Shown one piece after another: positions 24,058 to 36,040 of a stretch of 53,590 nt of DNA. How positions within the stretch are numbered: the first letter of the stretch is position 1; every line of letters begins with the position of its first letter. The position numbers and the translations under genes are program-made. The notes under the pieces were generated by a model. The model did no database searches. It saw nothing but the letters and a program-made list of their open reading frames with translations, and was not told the DNA's origin. Source of the DNA: Nemertoderma westbladi (Eukaryota; Animalia; Xenacoelomorpha); assembly GCA_032718475.1 (NCBI GenBank), contig JAUCBJ010007859.1:1-53590 (forward strand). The letters are read 5' to 3'.

Positions 24058-24341
24058 GTTTGTTGACTTCTTCAAGGCCTTTGATTCAGTCTCTCGCCTA
24101 CGTATGTTCAGCATACTTTCATTATATGGGATTCCTGAACACAGAACCATTTGAAGTGTTATGGGGCGTCCTCCAGGGAGACACACTTGCACCATTCTTG
24201 TTCATTATTGTGGTTGACTATGTTCTACGCATGTCCTTAGATCATCATAATGATGATGGGGTGAAATAATAATAATATTAAATAACTCCACCTACTGGCT
24301 CCAGAAGTCGAGGAAATCCTGCCAAGTACCTAACTGATCTA
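24058..24341 (+). mobile_element. RTE-clade LINE RT fragment (internally deleted)
   Basis: FVDFFKAFDSVSR...GVLQGDTLAPFLFIIVVDY; near-identical to 44903-45245 and to the reverse complement of about 25175-25350. Confidence 0.85.
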
Positions 24342-25351
24342 CTTCTACTACTACTACTAGTATCGGCATGCTGCATTGCAGCTGCATTTTTAAGAATGCT
24401 GTACCGGCTTATCGACAAAATTGCACCGCCACAACTCCCTATCACCCATGACATTTGCTAGATCATCCGCATCTTCAAGGCCAGTGTCCTTTAAGATGCG
24501 TCTCAAGAAAGTCATGGGCTGTCCACCATGCTTATTCACTCCATGAGGCTGCCAAAGTATAAGATTATGCACTGGCTGGTCCTCACGGCGAAAGCAATGT
24601 CCTGCAAAGCGGAGGCGATTTTGTTCTAGTGTCAAGCTTGGGGGAACCATTGAGACACCTCCAATGTTATATAGTGTCTGGTTGGAGATGTGTGCATTGT
24701 ACTTGACACAATGAACCCGGCGTAGCATTCTTGTGAATGTGCCATCCAGAGATTTGGTGTCCTCAGCAGTTAGAGCCCATCATGGACTCCCATAGAGGAG
24801 TACTGGAACTACTGCTGCTCTAAATAATCGGACCTTAAGTTTCCGATTAATTCTCGGTGACTTCCAAATCCTGGAAAGCCTATTCAAGGCTGCCCATGCC
24901 TTTCCCTTACGTTTTCGAAGGTCCTCACCTGACTTCCGGATCCATGATCCCAGGTAACAGAAGTCATCCACATGCTCAAGCATACCATCTTTTGAGCTTA
25001 TGCTCATCCGATCAGAGACTTGCTGAGGACTTTCAAAGTTAACTGTCAAAATTTTGATCTTTCTGGAGTTAATAAAAAGACCAACACTAGAAGCAGCATG
25101 TTCTAATGAGCTGAGGAGCCGTTGGGCTCCCTCTAGTGATTCTGAGAGTACTCCTAAGTCATCAGCAAAGTCTTGATCAGTTAGGTACTTGGCAGGATTT
25201 CCTCGACTTCTGGAGCCAGTAGGTAGAGTTATCATCACCCCATCATCATTATGATGATCTAAGGACATGCGTAGAGAACATAGTCAACAACAATTATGAA
25301 CAAGAATGGTGCAAGTGTGTCTCCCTGGAGGACGCCCCATAACACTTCAAA
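24339..25351 (-). mobile_element. 5'-truncated RTE-clade LINE with (TAG)n 3' tail
   Basis: GVLQGDTLAP, DFADDL, FCYLGSWI, PVLLYG, RLRFAGHCFR, then a stop at 24390, a short 3' UTR and (CTA)n on the + strand at 24339-24360. Confidence 0.92.
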
Positions 25352-25740
25352 AAAAAGCTTCATCTCTACCATCAGATAAGGAACTAATTTTACTCTCCTT
25401 CATGAATTTCGATGGACGATGACGGTATATTCTTTTTACTGGCGGGCTCCGAGGAATTTGAGGCATTTAGCACACTGAAGTCGGAACAGATTCCGGGTTT
25501 ACTGAATATATCGCCCGTCGAAATGTACAAATGTTAGTGGAAGCGGAAGGCCCTGGTGTCATCTGTTCTGTAGAAAAGCTCTGACCAGTCGTACTAAGTG
25601 CCACTGTAGAACGAGCGCGCGAGCGGTATCTATACAATACACACAACACTTTCTACCTATTACTGTTACGGCCTGCATACAGATTCAGATACGATGTCCA
25701 GACCAAGATTAGGCCCCCGCGGCGCCGGGGCTGCCAGCCC

Positions 25741-26690
25741 GTGTTGCCGTGTAGAGGTTATAATAAGCAAGACCCCTTAAGCAAGACCCTGCAGACGATA
25801 GCGGCACTAAGCCAGACCCTTAAGAACAAGGGATGGACCTCTGAATGGCTGCCTGTTGAAACCGTATCTCACCTCTGGAGAACAGTTGCACTGCCTGTAA
25901 TTTTATACGACCTGAGATTACACATTGGTTACCTCTCACAGAACGACATGGATAGACTCGATGCCGCCCACAGAAATGCTCTGCGCAGCTTACTCTACAT
26001 TGGGCGCTATGTTAGCAACCCCATACTGGAGCACCTTACGAGCATCAATGCCCTATCAGTGGAAGCAATGCGACAAGCGGTGGGAACCATGGTGCGAATT
26101 ATAGATTGTCCCAGCAAGGCTTTACAGGGATCGTTTATTAACTGCTCTGTTGCTAGTCTCGATGGAACCTCTGGGTCACGGTATCGGGGAGTGCTAAACT
26201 CTTTTTTAAGAGCGCTATCTATCTTTCCCCTTCCACAGTTTGAGTCCCTATTGATGTACCGCTATGACAAGAAGTCCCTGACGAATCGTATCTCGCACGG
26301 AGCAGCATTGACTGGGGATAAGGCCAAGGCCAGCTTTATCGAAGAAACATTTAATCTTAGAACATTGAGTCTCGCAGAAAAAAGAACCAGAATTAGGGAC
26401 TACTTCGGTATTGTGTAATACACTGTGTTCCCTGTGCAGTATTAATGACTCTGCATCGTTTGGAAGCAGAGCAAACCCCGAGGTCATAATTCTTTTTTTT
26501 TTCATTTGCATCCATCCATGGCTATTTTAAATGCTTTGTTCTTCCTTTTAATTTGAATATATTGTATCCTTTATTTTGTATCACTGGTGCAGTGTGTGAA
26601 ACTTTGTTCGCTTTTTATTTCTTATTAACGTGCAGCGAACTTTTACTGTTGTCGGCTGGGTCCGAATTAAATGAATGAATGAATTAATTA
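25741..26690 (+). mobile_element. 3' fragment of an RTE-X-like LINE ORF2 with short (TGAA)n tail
   Basis: LWRTVALPVILY...LDAAHRNALRSLL post-RT motif, a degenerate CSLC knuckle after 26418, and a tail ATGAATGAATGAAT near 26671-26684. Confidence 0.65.
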
Positions 26691-27903
26691 ATTAAATAAC
26701 TATTCAAAGGTACACAGGTACGGACGTAATCAGGTAATGTAATAATGATTGATGCGTAACAGTATATAATTCTGTCATCAGAAATGGAACGCCTAACGCA
26801 GTTGTAGTGCAGTGCAGCAGTGCACATTCCAGCATACAGAATAAGACACTACATTACCGGACCAGTACCAGAGTACTGCAGTACTGAAATAGAAGTGCAC
26901 TGGCTGGCACTTAAACTTTTCGACTGACAAATTGGCCATTTCTGAAAATACACAATTTTATAAACCTTGCCAATGGAATCAGCACATTATAAAACCTCAG
27001 TAGCCAAACTATAAGGCCAAATTACCACTTTTGGCTATTTTAAAATTTCGAGCTACTTGTAATTTTGGTGCTCTTTTAGTGTCTATTATAAAATAAACAA
27101 TGAAGATTTTATTCTAATTTCGCTTTGGATTACTAATAATTAATTCGACTAACCAAAAAAGCATAATATGGTTTAATGGTTATACAAAAGTCTTGAAGGG
27201 TGATGTATTTTGAGTAATTTTATCAATTCCGAAAAGTGCTGATATGGTATGGGTGCCAGGAACTCCTCATATCTCGAAAACTACTGGAGCTATTAAATTT
27301 TTATTTGTCTCATCTTAAAGAGGATATAATTTTAGTTAGGGACAAGTACTTTCGACGCGCTAGACGTATTGTTTCAGTGGTTCTATCTAAGAGAAATAAC
27401 TGGCCCACTAAATTTAGGGGCTTTGCAGCAGCTTGGCCGGTCGTATCTATACTAGGTCATGGGTTCACGATGGTTCACTAGAAGATTTATGATGTTCTAC
27501 ATTATTTAATTTTCAATATTCTGATTATTATGCGACATGTTGCGTATATTTTTAAAGCGTAAAGTATATTCATTAAAGAGTCACAGTGGAACAATCAAAT
27601 TTAACTTTGATTTTCCCTCATGCCGCTATTAATTGATTTAATTGAATGAATCTTATTATTTTATAATTTGTTTATTTAAAGTTTTTGCTTTGTTTTTCTT
27701 AACTCCCAACTATTTATTGAAATCATCTTTATTGAAATTAACTTCTTAATAATGACATTCAATAATTTATTGGACAACAGATTTTTGAATTATGGGTCAT
27801 AACCTACGTTACCTAGGTTACATAACAAAACAGATTTCTGAAGGTGAAGTTATAACTGATTGCTATTGATAATAATAACAGTTTTAAATTATAATGTTTG
27901 TAG

Positions 27904-28113
27904 AGGGAGACGATTCTCAACCACAAGATGACGCAATCCCACCTCCGCCAGAAGGTCTCGATATCGACCCGAACGACCCGGAAGTGATACAGGCGGTTAA
28001 GGTGATGCAGGCGGGAGCGCGGGGTTACCAGGCGAGGAAAAAATCACGGATAGAGAGTCAGATAGATAAAGAAACTCTAGTAAAAGGGGAGGAGAAGGAG
28101 GCTGTTATTGAAG
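27904..28113 (+). CDS. IQ-motif protein exon B
   Basis: tttgtag acceptor and G|gtagtg donor; 210 nt, phase 1-1. The peptide core is nearly identical to exon A, with mostly synonymous differences. Confidence 0.88.
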
Positions 28114-28819
28114 GTAGTGTACGAATCACAATGCCAATAAAAATAGATATTAATGTTTAATATTAGTGGAAGAGATTTAGTTGAAAAAATGATTAATTGT
28201 GTCAAAGTTCATCCCTCTCCAGGCGCCAGGGGAAAATCGACTCGAATAATATCTCATTACTCATCAAAAATAAAAATGGAACCTATTCTATTGACTATTA
28301 TTTTGGTTAGAAATTCGTTCGACTGTAACCTGTTCCTTTCCAGTAGTTGATGATGTAATATTGAGACGAGATAATGTCAATATTCCTCATCATGAATTTA
28401 ATTAATTGTAGTGTCAAAAGACGCGCAAGACTCTCCCCGCTTTCAATTGATATAAGCCACGTGAAATGATTGAGATTTAATGTGTATTTGAATGGATCTA
28501 AAATCTCTATCCATTGAAACCAAGAAAATTAATTGTCAGATCACTTTGTAATGACGTCATATGTAGTAGCCAATCACAGGCCATTTTCAAAATTGGCTTC
28601 CACGCTTACTTAAACCCCCATTTCGACCGTTTCTTCCCGCTTTTACAAAAAACATACCCCGCCACTCGATTCAGGGCATCTTGTTGTACCTCGTATTCAA
28701 TAGTATCTAGCGCAACAATTTTTTCGCGCACCAACCCTATTTGCGTCAAGTCTCCCCCCCCCCTTCCTGTCTCGAAAGAAACATGACGGGGTGGGGGGCA
28801 ATAAATATTTTTTGTTTGT

Positions 28820-31077
28820 TTGGCGCTTGTCTGGGCCATGTGGTTGGCGCTGCTCTGGGTCGTGTGGTTGGCGCTGGTCTGGGCCGTGTGGTTGGCGCTG
28901 GTCTGGGCCGTGTGGTTGGCGCTGGTCTGGGCCGTGTGGTTGGCGCTGGACTGGGCCGTGTGGTTGGCGCTGGTCTGGGCCGTGTGGTTGGCGCTGGACT
29001 GGGCCGTGTGGTTGGCTCTGGTCTGGGCCGTGTAGTTGGCGCTGGTCTGGGCCGTGTGGTTGGCGCTGGACTGGGCCGTGTGGTTGGCTCTGGTCTGGGC
29101 CGTGTGGTTGGCGCTGGACTGGGCCGTGTGGTTGGCGCTGGTCTGGGCCGTGTGGTTGGCGCTGGACTGGGCCGTGTGGTTGGCTCTGGTCTGGGCCGTG
29201 TAGTTGGCGCTGGTCTGGGCCGTGTGGTTGGCGCTGGTCTGGGCCGTGTGGTTGGCGCTGGTCTGGGCAGTGTGGTTGGCGCTGGTCTGGGCCGTGTGGT
29301 TGGCGCTGGTCTGGGCCGTGTGGTTGGCTCTGGTCTGGGCCGTGTGGTTGGCGCTTGTCTGGGCCGTGTGGTTGGCGCTTGTCTGGGCCGTGTGGTTAGC
29401 GCTGGACTGGGCCGTGTGGTTGGCGCTGGTCTGGGCCGTGTGGTTGGCGCTGGACTGGGCCGTGTGGTTGGCGCTGGACTGGGCCGTGTGGTTGGCGCTG
29501 GCCTGGGCCGTGTGGTTGGCGCTGGACTGGGCCGTGTGGTTGGCGCTGGACTGGGCCGTGTGGTTGGCGCTGGTCTGGGCCGTGTGGTTGGCGCTGGTCT
29601 GGGCCATGTGGTTGGCGCTGGTCTGGGCCGTGTGGTTGGCGCTGGTCTGGGCCGTGTGGTTGGCGCTGGACTGGGCCGTGTGGTTGGCGCTGGTCTGGGC
29701 CGTGTGGTTGGCGCTGGACTGGGCCGTGTGGTTGGCTCTGGTCTGGGCCGTGTAGTTGGCGCTGGTCTGGGCCGTGTGGTTGGCGCTGGTCTGGGCCGTG
29801 TGGTTGGCGCTGGTCTGGGCCGTGTGGTTGGCGCTGGTCTGGGCCATGTGGTTGGCGCTGGTCTGGGCCGTGTGGTTGGCGCTGGTCTGGGCCGTGTGGT
29901 TGGCGCTGGTCTGGGCCGTGTGGTTGGCGCTGGTCTGGGCCGTGTGGTTGGCGCTGGACTGGGCCGTGTGGTTGGCTCTGGTCTGGGCCGTGTAGTTGGC
30001 GCTGGTCTGGGCCGTGTGGTTGGCGCTGGACTGGGCCGTGTGGTTGGCTCTGGTCTGGGCCTTCTGGTTGGTGCTGGTCTGGGCCATGTGGTTGGCGCTG
30101 GTCTGGGCCGTGTGGTTGGCGCTGGTCTGGGCCGTGTGGTTGGCTCTGGTCTGGGCCGTGTGGTTGGCGCTTGTCTGGGCCGTGTGGTTGGCGCTGGTCT
30201 GGGCCGTGTGGTTGGTGCTGGTCTGGGCCATGTGGTTGGCGCTGGTCTGGGCCGTGTGGTTGGCGCTGGTCTGGGCCGTGTGGTTGGCTCTGGTCTGGGC
30301 CGTGTGGTTGGCGCTGGTCTGGGCCGTGTGGTTGGCGCTGGACTGGGCCGTGTGGTTGGCTCTGGTCTGGGCCGTGTAGTTGGCGCTGGTCTGGGCCGTG
30401 TGGTTGGCGCTGGACTGGGCCGTGTGGTTGGCTCTGGTCTGGGCCTTCTGGTTGGTGCTGGTCTGGGCCATGTGGTTGGCGCTGGTCTGGGCCGTGTGGT
30501 TGGCGCTGGTCTGGGCCGTGTGGTTGGCTCTGGTCTGGGCCGTGTGGTTGGCGCTTGTCTGGGCCGTGTGGTTGGCGCTTGTCTGGGCCATGTGGTTGGC
30601 GCTGGTCTGGGCCGTGTGGTTGGTGCTGGTCTGGGCCATGTGGTTGGCGCTGGTCTGGGCCGTGTGGTTGGCGCTGGTCTGGGCCGTGTGGTTGGCTCTG
30701 GTCTGGGCCGTGTGGTTGGCGCTTGTCTGGGCCTTCTGGTTGGTGCTGGTCTGGGCCATGTGATTGGCGCTGGTCTGGGCCGTGTGGTTGGCTCTGGTCT
30801 GGGCCGTGTGGTTGGCGCTTGTCTGGGCCGTGTGGTTGGCGCTTGTCTAGGCCGTGTGGTTGGCGCTGGTCTGGGCCGTGTGGTTGGCTCTGGTCTGGGC
30901 CGTGTGGTTGGCGCTTGTCTGGGCCGTGTGGTTGGCGCTTGTCTAGGCCGTGTGGTTGGCGCTGGTCTGGGCCGTGTGGTTGGTGCTGGTCTGGGCCGTG
31001 TGGTTGGCGCTTGTCTGGGCCGTGTGGTTGGCGCTTGTCTAGGCCGTGTGGTTGGCGCTGGTCTGGGCCGTGTGGTT
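28820..31077. repeat. 24-bp GC-rich minisatellite x~94 (GCTGGTCTGGGCCGTGTGGTTGGC), intronic
   Basis: Read directly; no indels seen; a variant block recurs at a 384-bp offset (29996 and 30380). Confidence 0.98.
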
Positions 31078-31309
31078 CGGTTAATGAAAAGCATTTTGCC
31101 GATGCTCCAACCAACCTTGATCATGATTGTGTAAGAGATTTATAATTTGTTCCAATTAACTAGACCCCCGACCCGTAGCCCGGCGACCTCCGACCCGTAG
31201 CCCGGCGACCTCAAAGCATCCAAAGTCCGTTCTGATTTGCTGCGTATTTTGGTAAGTATTCATTCTTGTATCGCATAGTATAATGATTTTCATATTATGT
31301 TGTTTCTAG

Positions 31310-31669
31310 AAGGAGACGATTCTCAACCACAAGATGACGTCATCCCACCTCCGCCAGAAGGTCTCGATATCGACCCGAACGACCCGGAAGTTATACAGGC
31401 TGTTAAGGTGATGCAGGCGGGAGCGCGGGGTTACCAGGCGAGGAAAAAAGCTAAACAATCTTCGGATGATCTCCTCAATAAAGGCGATGGAACTGAGGGA
31501 GCTGATGGGGAAACTGATAAACAGGCAGCTGATGGGGAAACCGCTGCAGCTGCAGATGAAGCTGAGAGAAAGGCGACCCCGGTGCGGGATGAAGGAGAAG
31601 AAGGGACGCCTCCAGCGCAAGAGGAGACGCCTCCAGCAGAGACTACTGCTGCAGAGAATGATGCAACAG
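31310..31669 (+). CDS. IQ-motif protein exon C with acidic Ala/Glu-rich extension
   Basis: tttctag acceptor and G|gtttgt donor; 360 nt, phase 1-1. Same IQ core followed by a GAP-43-like DGETAAAADEAE..EETPPAE tail. Confidence 0.88.
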
Positions 31670-31870
31670 GTTTGTTCATTGATTATACATTTATTGTATT
31701 ATTTGGAAAACAAATGTATATGAATTTAATATATATGAAACAGCAAAAATTATAACAATTAATTTAAATACACTTTAGTTATATTAACTTAAACACATAT
31801 ATTAACTAAAGTACTGAGTTCAGCCATATTGCGTGGCGATTTCATTGTCACGCAGCCCGGCTCCATCGCC

Positions 31871-32016
31871 GAAACCTAGACCCCGCCAAGATCGCCGTCC
31901 TCCGCGGAGACACAGGGAGCTAGACCGGAGAAGGGCTAATCGAGAAACCTAGACCCCGCCAAGATCGCCGTCCTCCGCGGAGACACAGGGAGCTAGACCG
32001 GAGAAGGGCTAATCGA
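31871..32016. repeat. 73-bp perfect tandem duplication at the 3' end of the CRE element
   Basis: GAAACCTAGACCCCGCC... occurs at 31871 and 31944. Confidence 0.9.
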
Positions 32017-32074
32017 AGGCGCCGTCTCACATGTGGCGCTCTTTAAAGCGACACCGTTCATCCAGCAGAGATTC

Positions 32075-32612
32075 GGTGGATCGGTTGTTGTGGACATAGG
32101 AGGGTGCGTCAGCGTGAATGACCGCGAGGGGGCGTCAGCGTGAATGACCGCGATGTCAAACGGTGGATCGGTTGTTGTGGACATAGGAGGGGGCGTCAGC
32201 GTGAATGACCGCGAGGGGGCGTCAGCGTGAATGACCGCGATGTCAAACGGTGGATCAGTTGTTGTGGACATAGGAGGGGGCGTCAGCGTGAATGACCGCG
32301 AGGGGGCGTCAGCGTGAATGACCGCGATGTCAAACGGTGGATCGGTTGTTGTGGACATAGGAGTGGGCGTCAGCGTGAATGACCGCGAGGGGGCGTCAGC
32401 GTGAATGACCGCGTGGATCGGTTGTTGTGGACATAGGAGGGGGCGTCAGCGTGAATGACCGCGAGGGGGCGTCAGCGTGAATGACCGCGTGGATCGGTTG
32501 TTGTGGACATAGGAGTGGGCGTCAGCGTGAATGACCGCGAGGGGGCGTCAGCGTGAATGACCGCTGTGGACATAGGAGGGGGCGTCAGCGTGAATGACCG
32601 CGATGTCAAACG
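32075..32612. repeat. Compound 26-bp/87-bp tandem repeat inside the CRE RLE endonuclease coding region
   Basis: GGGGGCGTCAGCGTGAATGACCGCGA (26 bp) nested in 87-bp and shorter units containing GGATCGGTTGTTGTGGACATAGGA. Confidence 0.9.
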
Positions 32613-34784
32613 ACGCCACCCTCTGTCGTGTCCATATTCCCCTCGCCACCAAGTCTGCCCGAACTCCCCCAACTTCGATCCCGGCGCTGTCTAGGTGGCC
32701 ACACAGCTCAGAATCAGAGCATTACAGCTCAGAGCATGGGTTGTAGAAAACTCGCCTCCACAACCCTCACACCTTACTGGAAGCCCGGGGGGTAATCCCA
32801 CTCGGATTGTACACAGAGGGAAACTCCGGTATGTGCTGACTGGGGGTTGTCTTGGCCACATCTGACAGCTTGCGGATGCTGTCGACGATGTGGGTGATGA
32901 TCGCCGCGAGTTTTCCAACTGACCCGGAGTCGTCAGCATACCAAGCTTGCCGCTGCCTGAGGTTAGTTGGGGTAGTTTTTTAAGGCATTGTGGTTGGAGT
33001 GATTATTGCAGACTCGGTTTCTGGGTCCGCAGCTTCGGCAACTGGCTGTATTAGATCGCCTCCCGGGTGAGTATCTTCCTCATCACCGACGTGCCTTGAC
33101 TCATCGTTGTCACTCTCTGACGACTTGGTAGTATCAAGCATCTCTTGGTATAGCTGGGACTCAACAACCCCTGGCAAACCGCGGAGGTTGCGGATTAGTG
33201 GCAACACAGCACAGCCATATCCCATCATTGCCGCGGGGTCGCCCTGAGTCCAACCCTCGCGACTCCATAATGGTTGGTCGCACCCATGAACATAGAGGGC
33301 GGCATGACCGTTGTAGGAGTTGAAGAGAAATCGCGATGCACGGCAATTGCACAGTGCAGTTGGACGGCTGATGGAATTAAATGCGTTCTTCGCGTCCACT
33401 AGTAGCATTCCCTCAGACTCGACATCATTGAAGGCATTGTTCATGGTATGAACTGCCCCCTCTATGCCTTCCATCACACCAGCACAGAGTTGATCGGCGC
33501 CACACTGGAGGATCAGATCGGCCTTAGTCTCGGAGGTGATGCAGATGGCGAGGAGGCGATACAACACTTCACCTATACCAATGGGGCGAACACCTGGCTG
33601 TTTGTCAAGTGCGATAAGCCGACAGGCACGCAATGAACGTATTTCACCCCAAGGCACAATGGTGTTGGCCAGTCGCCGAGCTAGAGAGGCCACTGCCTCC
33701 CGCAAACGGGCGCTGTGGGCCTCATACCGGGTCAACATCATGCTCCAGAGTTCACCATCGCCTCCAACAAGACCACCGCTCCCGTGGAGAGACATTGCTA
33801 TCTTCAGTACCATTTGACCAGTTATTTCGACCTCTTCTAGTGGAGGAAGATCGGTGCAAGGAGTGAGCGAATCTGGGGTGACTTCCATCTGTGGTGGGTG
33901 TTTCTGCTCTAGTATATCCTGGACCGTGATGCCTGGAGGCTGGCCTTCTACGTGGTCATTGGGGTGGAGAATTCCACCTCTATCACGCCCAGTCACCATA
34001 CGTACTGCGGAGCGGTTCATTCCTGTTGCGGTTGAAACTTCGACCAATATCATCTGGTGATGCTCGGGTTCCCGTAGGGAACTTAGCACTACAGCGCTCT
34101 GCCTCAGCTACAAGTGAATCAAACTCCGCTCGTTCCCACATGCCAACTCGCCGGAGGATGGTCCTTCTCACATCAGGGGTTTTATTGAAGTCTGGGTCCC
34201 TCTGAAAGATATTGGCCAGTAGACAGAGTGGGCGCTCCGAAGAGCAACTCCCTTTCACAAGGCATTCAATCTCAGTGGTAACGAGGTCAACAACTTTACG
34301 ACCTGTATTGCCTCCGGGGAAAATGTATCGTCTTGAGGGTATCCTAGCCAGTCGAGCATGCCGAATTTCCCACACAGGATCGGAAGAGGAGCCAGGGCTA
34401 TTGAGCCACACACCCCCAAACGCGGCTTCCAGGACCTTGCTAGTCGAGGCTGAAGCTCCCTGACCATCTGGATGCAATGATTTGGTCTGCGAATTGTCAC
34501 TGTCTCTATCATCGCGTGTAGGAATCTCAGGACCATGCACAACACCAATATTTGTATTGCGGCAGGTTCCTGAAGCAACTTGGGGACAGCTATTGGGGCT
34601 GATATAGATGGAGCGATTGTTGGGATTATTGCAGAAGTTATTCGCTAAAGGTGTGCAGCTATGGCAAGGTCTACTAGCCTCGCACACAGCCACAGCGACT
34701 AGTGATACCGCGAGCATGTGCAGTGCACTGACAACAGCACTGAGAACCAGTATGAGCAGACTTGGGTGAGACAGGTGGAGACAT

Positions 34785-35745
34785 GGGAGGGACTGACAAG
34801 CCAACACGCAACTCAGGGGGAACAGACAGACCAACACCCGTCATGGGAGGGACTGACAGGCCGACACGCGACTTGGGAGGGACAGACAGACCGTCATCCG
34901 ACATTGGATGGACAGACATACCGGCATCCGGAGCAGGGGGGACAGACAGACCGATATCCGAAGCAGGAGGGACAGACAGACCGACATCCGAAGCAGGAGT
35001 GACAGACAGACCGACATCCGAAGCAGGAGGGACAGACATACCGACATGGGAAGCATGAGGAACAGACAGACCCACATCTGAAGCAGGAGGGACAGACAGA
35101 CCGACATCCGAAGCTGGAGGGACAGACAGACCGACATCCGAAACAGGAGGGACAGACAGACCGACATCCGAAGCAGGAGGGACAGACAGACCGACACCCG
35201 CAGCAGGAGGGTCGGATAGACCGACATCCGGAGCAGGAGGGACTGACATACCGACATTCGAAGCAGGAGGGACAGACAGACCGATATCCGGAGCAGGAGG
35301 GACAGACAGGCCGACATCCGAAGCAGGAGGGACAGACAGACCGACACCCGAAGCAGGAGTGACAGACAGACCGACATCCGAAGCAGGAGGGACAGACAGA
35401 CCGACACCCGAAGCAGGAGGGTCGGATAGACCGACATCCGGAGCAGGAGGGACTGACATACCGACATCCGAAGCAGGAGGGTCAGACAGACCGACATTCA
35501 AAGCACGAGGGACTGACATGCCGGCATCCGAAGCAGGAGGGACAGACAGACCGACATTCGAAGATGGAGGGACAGACAGACCGATATCCGGAGCAGGAGG
35601 GATATACAGACCGACATCCGACACGGGAGTGTCAAACGGACAGGCACCAGACTCATAGGGAACAGACAGACTGAGTTCCGAAGCAGGAGGTTCTGATAGA
35701 CCGACACCCGAAGCAGGAGGGACAGACAGACCGACATCCAAAGCA
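34785..35745. repeat. 30-bp minisatellite x~32 (CCGACATCCGAAGCAGGAGGGACAGACAGA), minus-frame VGLSVPPASD
   Basis: Read directly; indel-free and more diverged at the edges; lies at the 5' side of the CRE ORF. Confidence 0.95.
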
Positions 35746-35902
35746 AATGGAAAACAAATTGGTTTATTTTCCGAAAGATTTTCAAGAATTTGCTGTGTCA
35801 GCTAAGGAAAGTATGATCACATAATAGTTATCATAATTGTAATAAATCCATTATTTGTCATGTTATGCGTAATTTTATTCCACTAAATTGGCTTTTCACC
35901 AT

Positions 35903-36040
35903 CTGACCACATACTAACTATGTCTATATTAAATTAAATAGCTGACCACTTACTAACTATGTCTATATTAAATTAAATAGCTGACCACTTACTAACTATG
36001 TCTATATTAAATTAAACAGCTGTCCACTTATTAACTATAT
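35903..36040. repeat. 39-bp tandem repeat x3.5 at the start of the CR1 fragment
   Basis: CTGACCACTTACTAACTATGTCTATATTAAATTAAATAG at 35903, 35942 and 35981, partial at 36020. The first copy reads TCT GAC CAC (SDH, the final APE motif). Confidence 0.9.

Larger units (their letters stand above)
31830..35745 (-). mobile_element. CRE-clade (RLE-type) non-LTR retrotransposon, degenerate with internal deletions
   Basis: N-terminal part YIFPGGNTGRK..SSERP..QRD..RRVGMW; RT RLIALDKQPGVRPIGIGE, LLVDAKNAFNS, QGDP, WYADD (YADD at 32929-32940); knuckle CEGCGGEFSTTHALSC; RLE LRADLVARGIW...FDIAVIHADAPSY. Outer boundaries are approximate. Confidence 0.85.

Noticed and set aside
26930-27540. Possible MITE in the IQ intron
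   Set aside because: The composition is suggestive, but no terminal repeats or TSD could be identified by eye.
28606-31145. Long ORFs (570-797 aa) in several frames
   Set aside because: A by-product of a stop-poor 24-bp unit; the region lies in an intron of the IQ gene and has no non-repeat domain.
27894-31309. ORF-track start codons for IQ exons B (27894) and C (31297)
   Set aside because: These ATGs lie in intron sequence just upstream of clear AG acceptors; the segments are internal exons.
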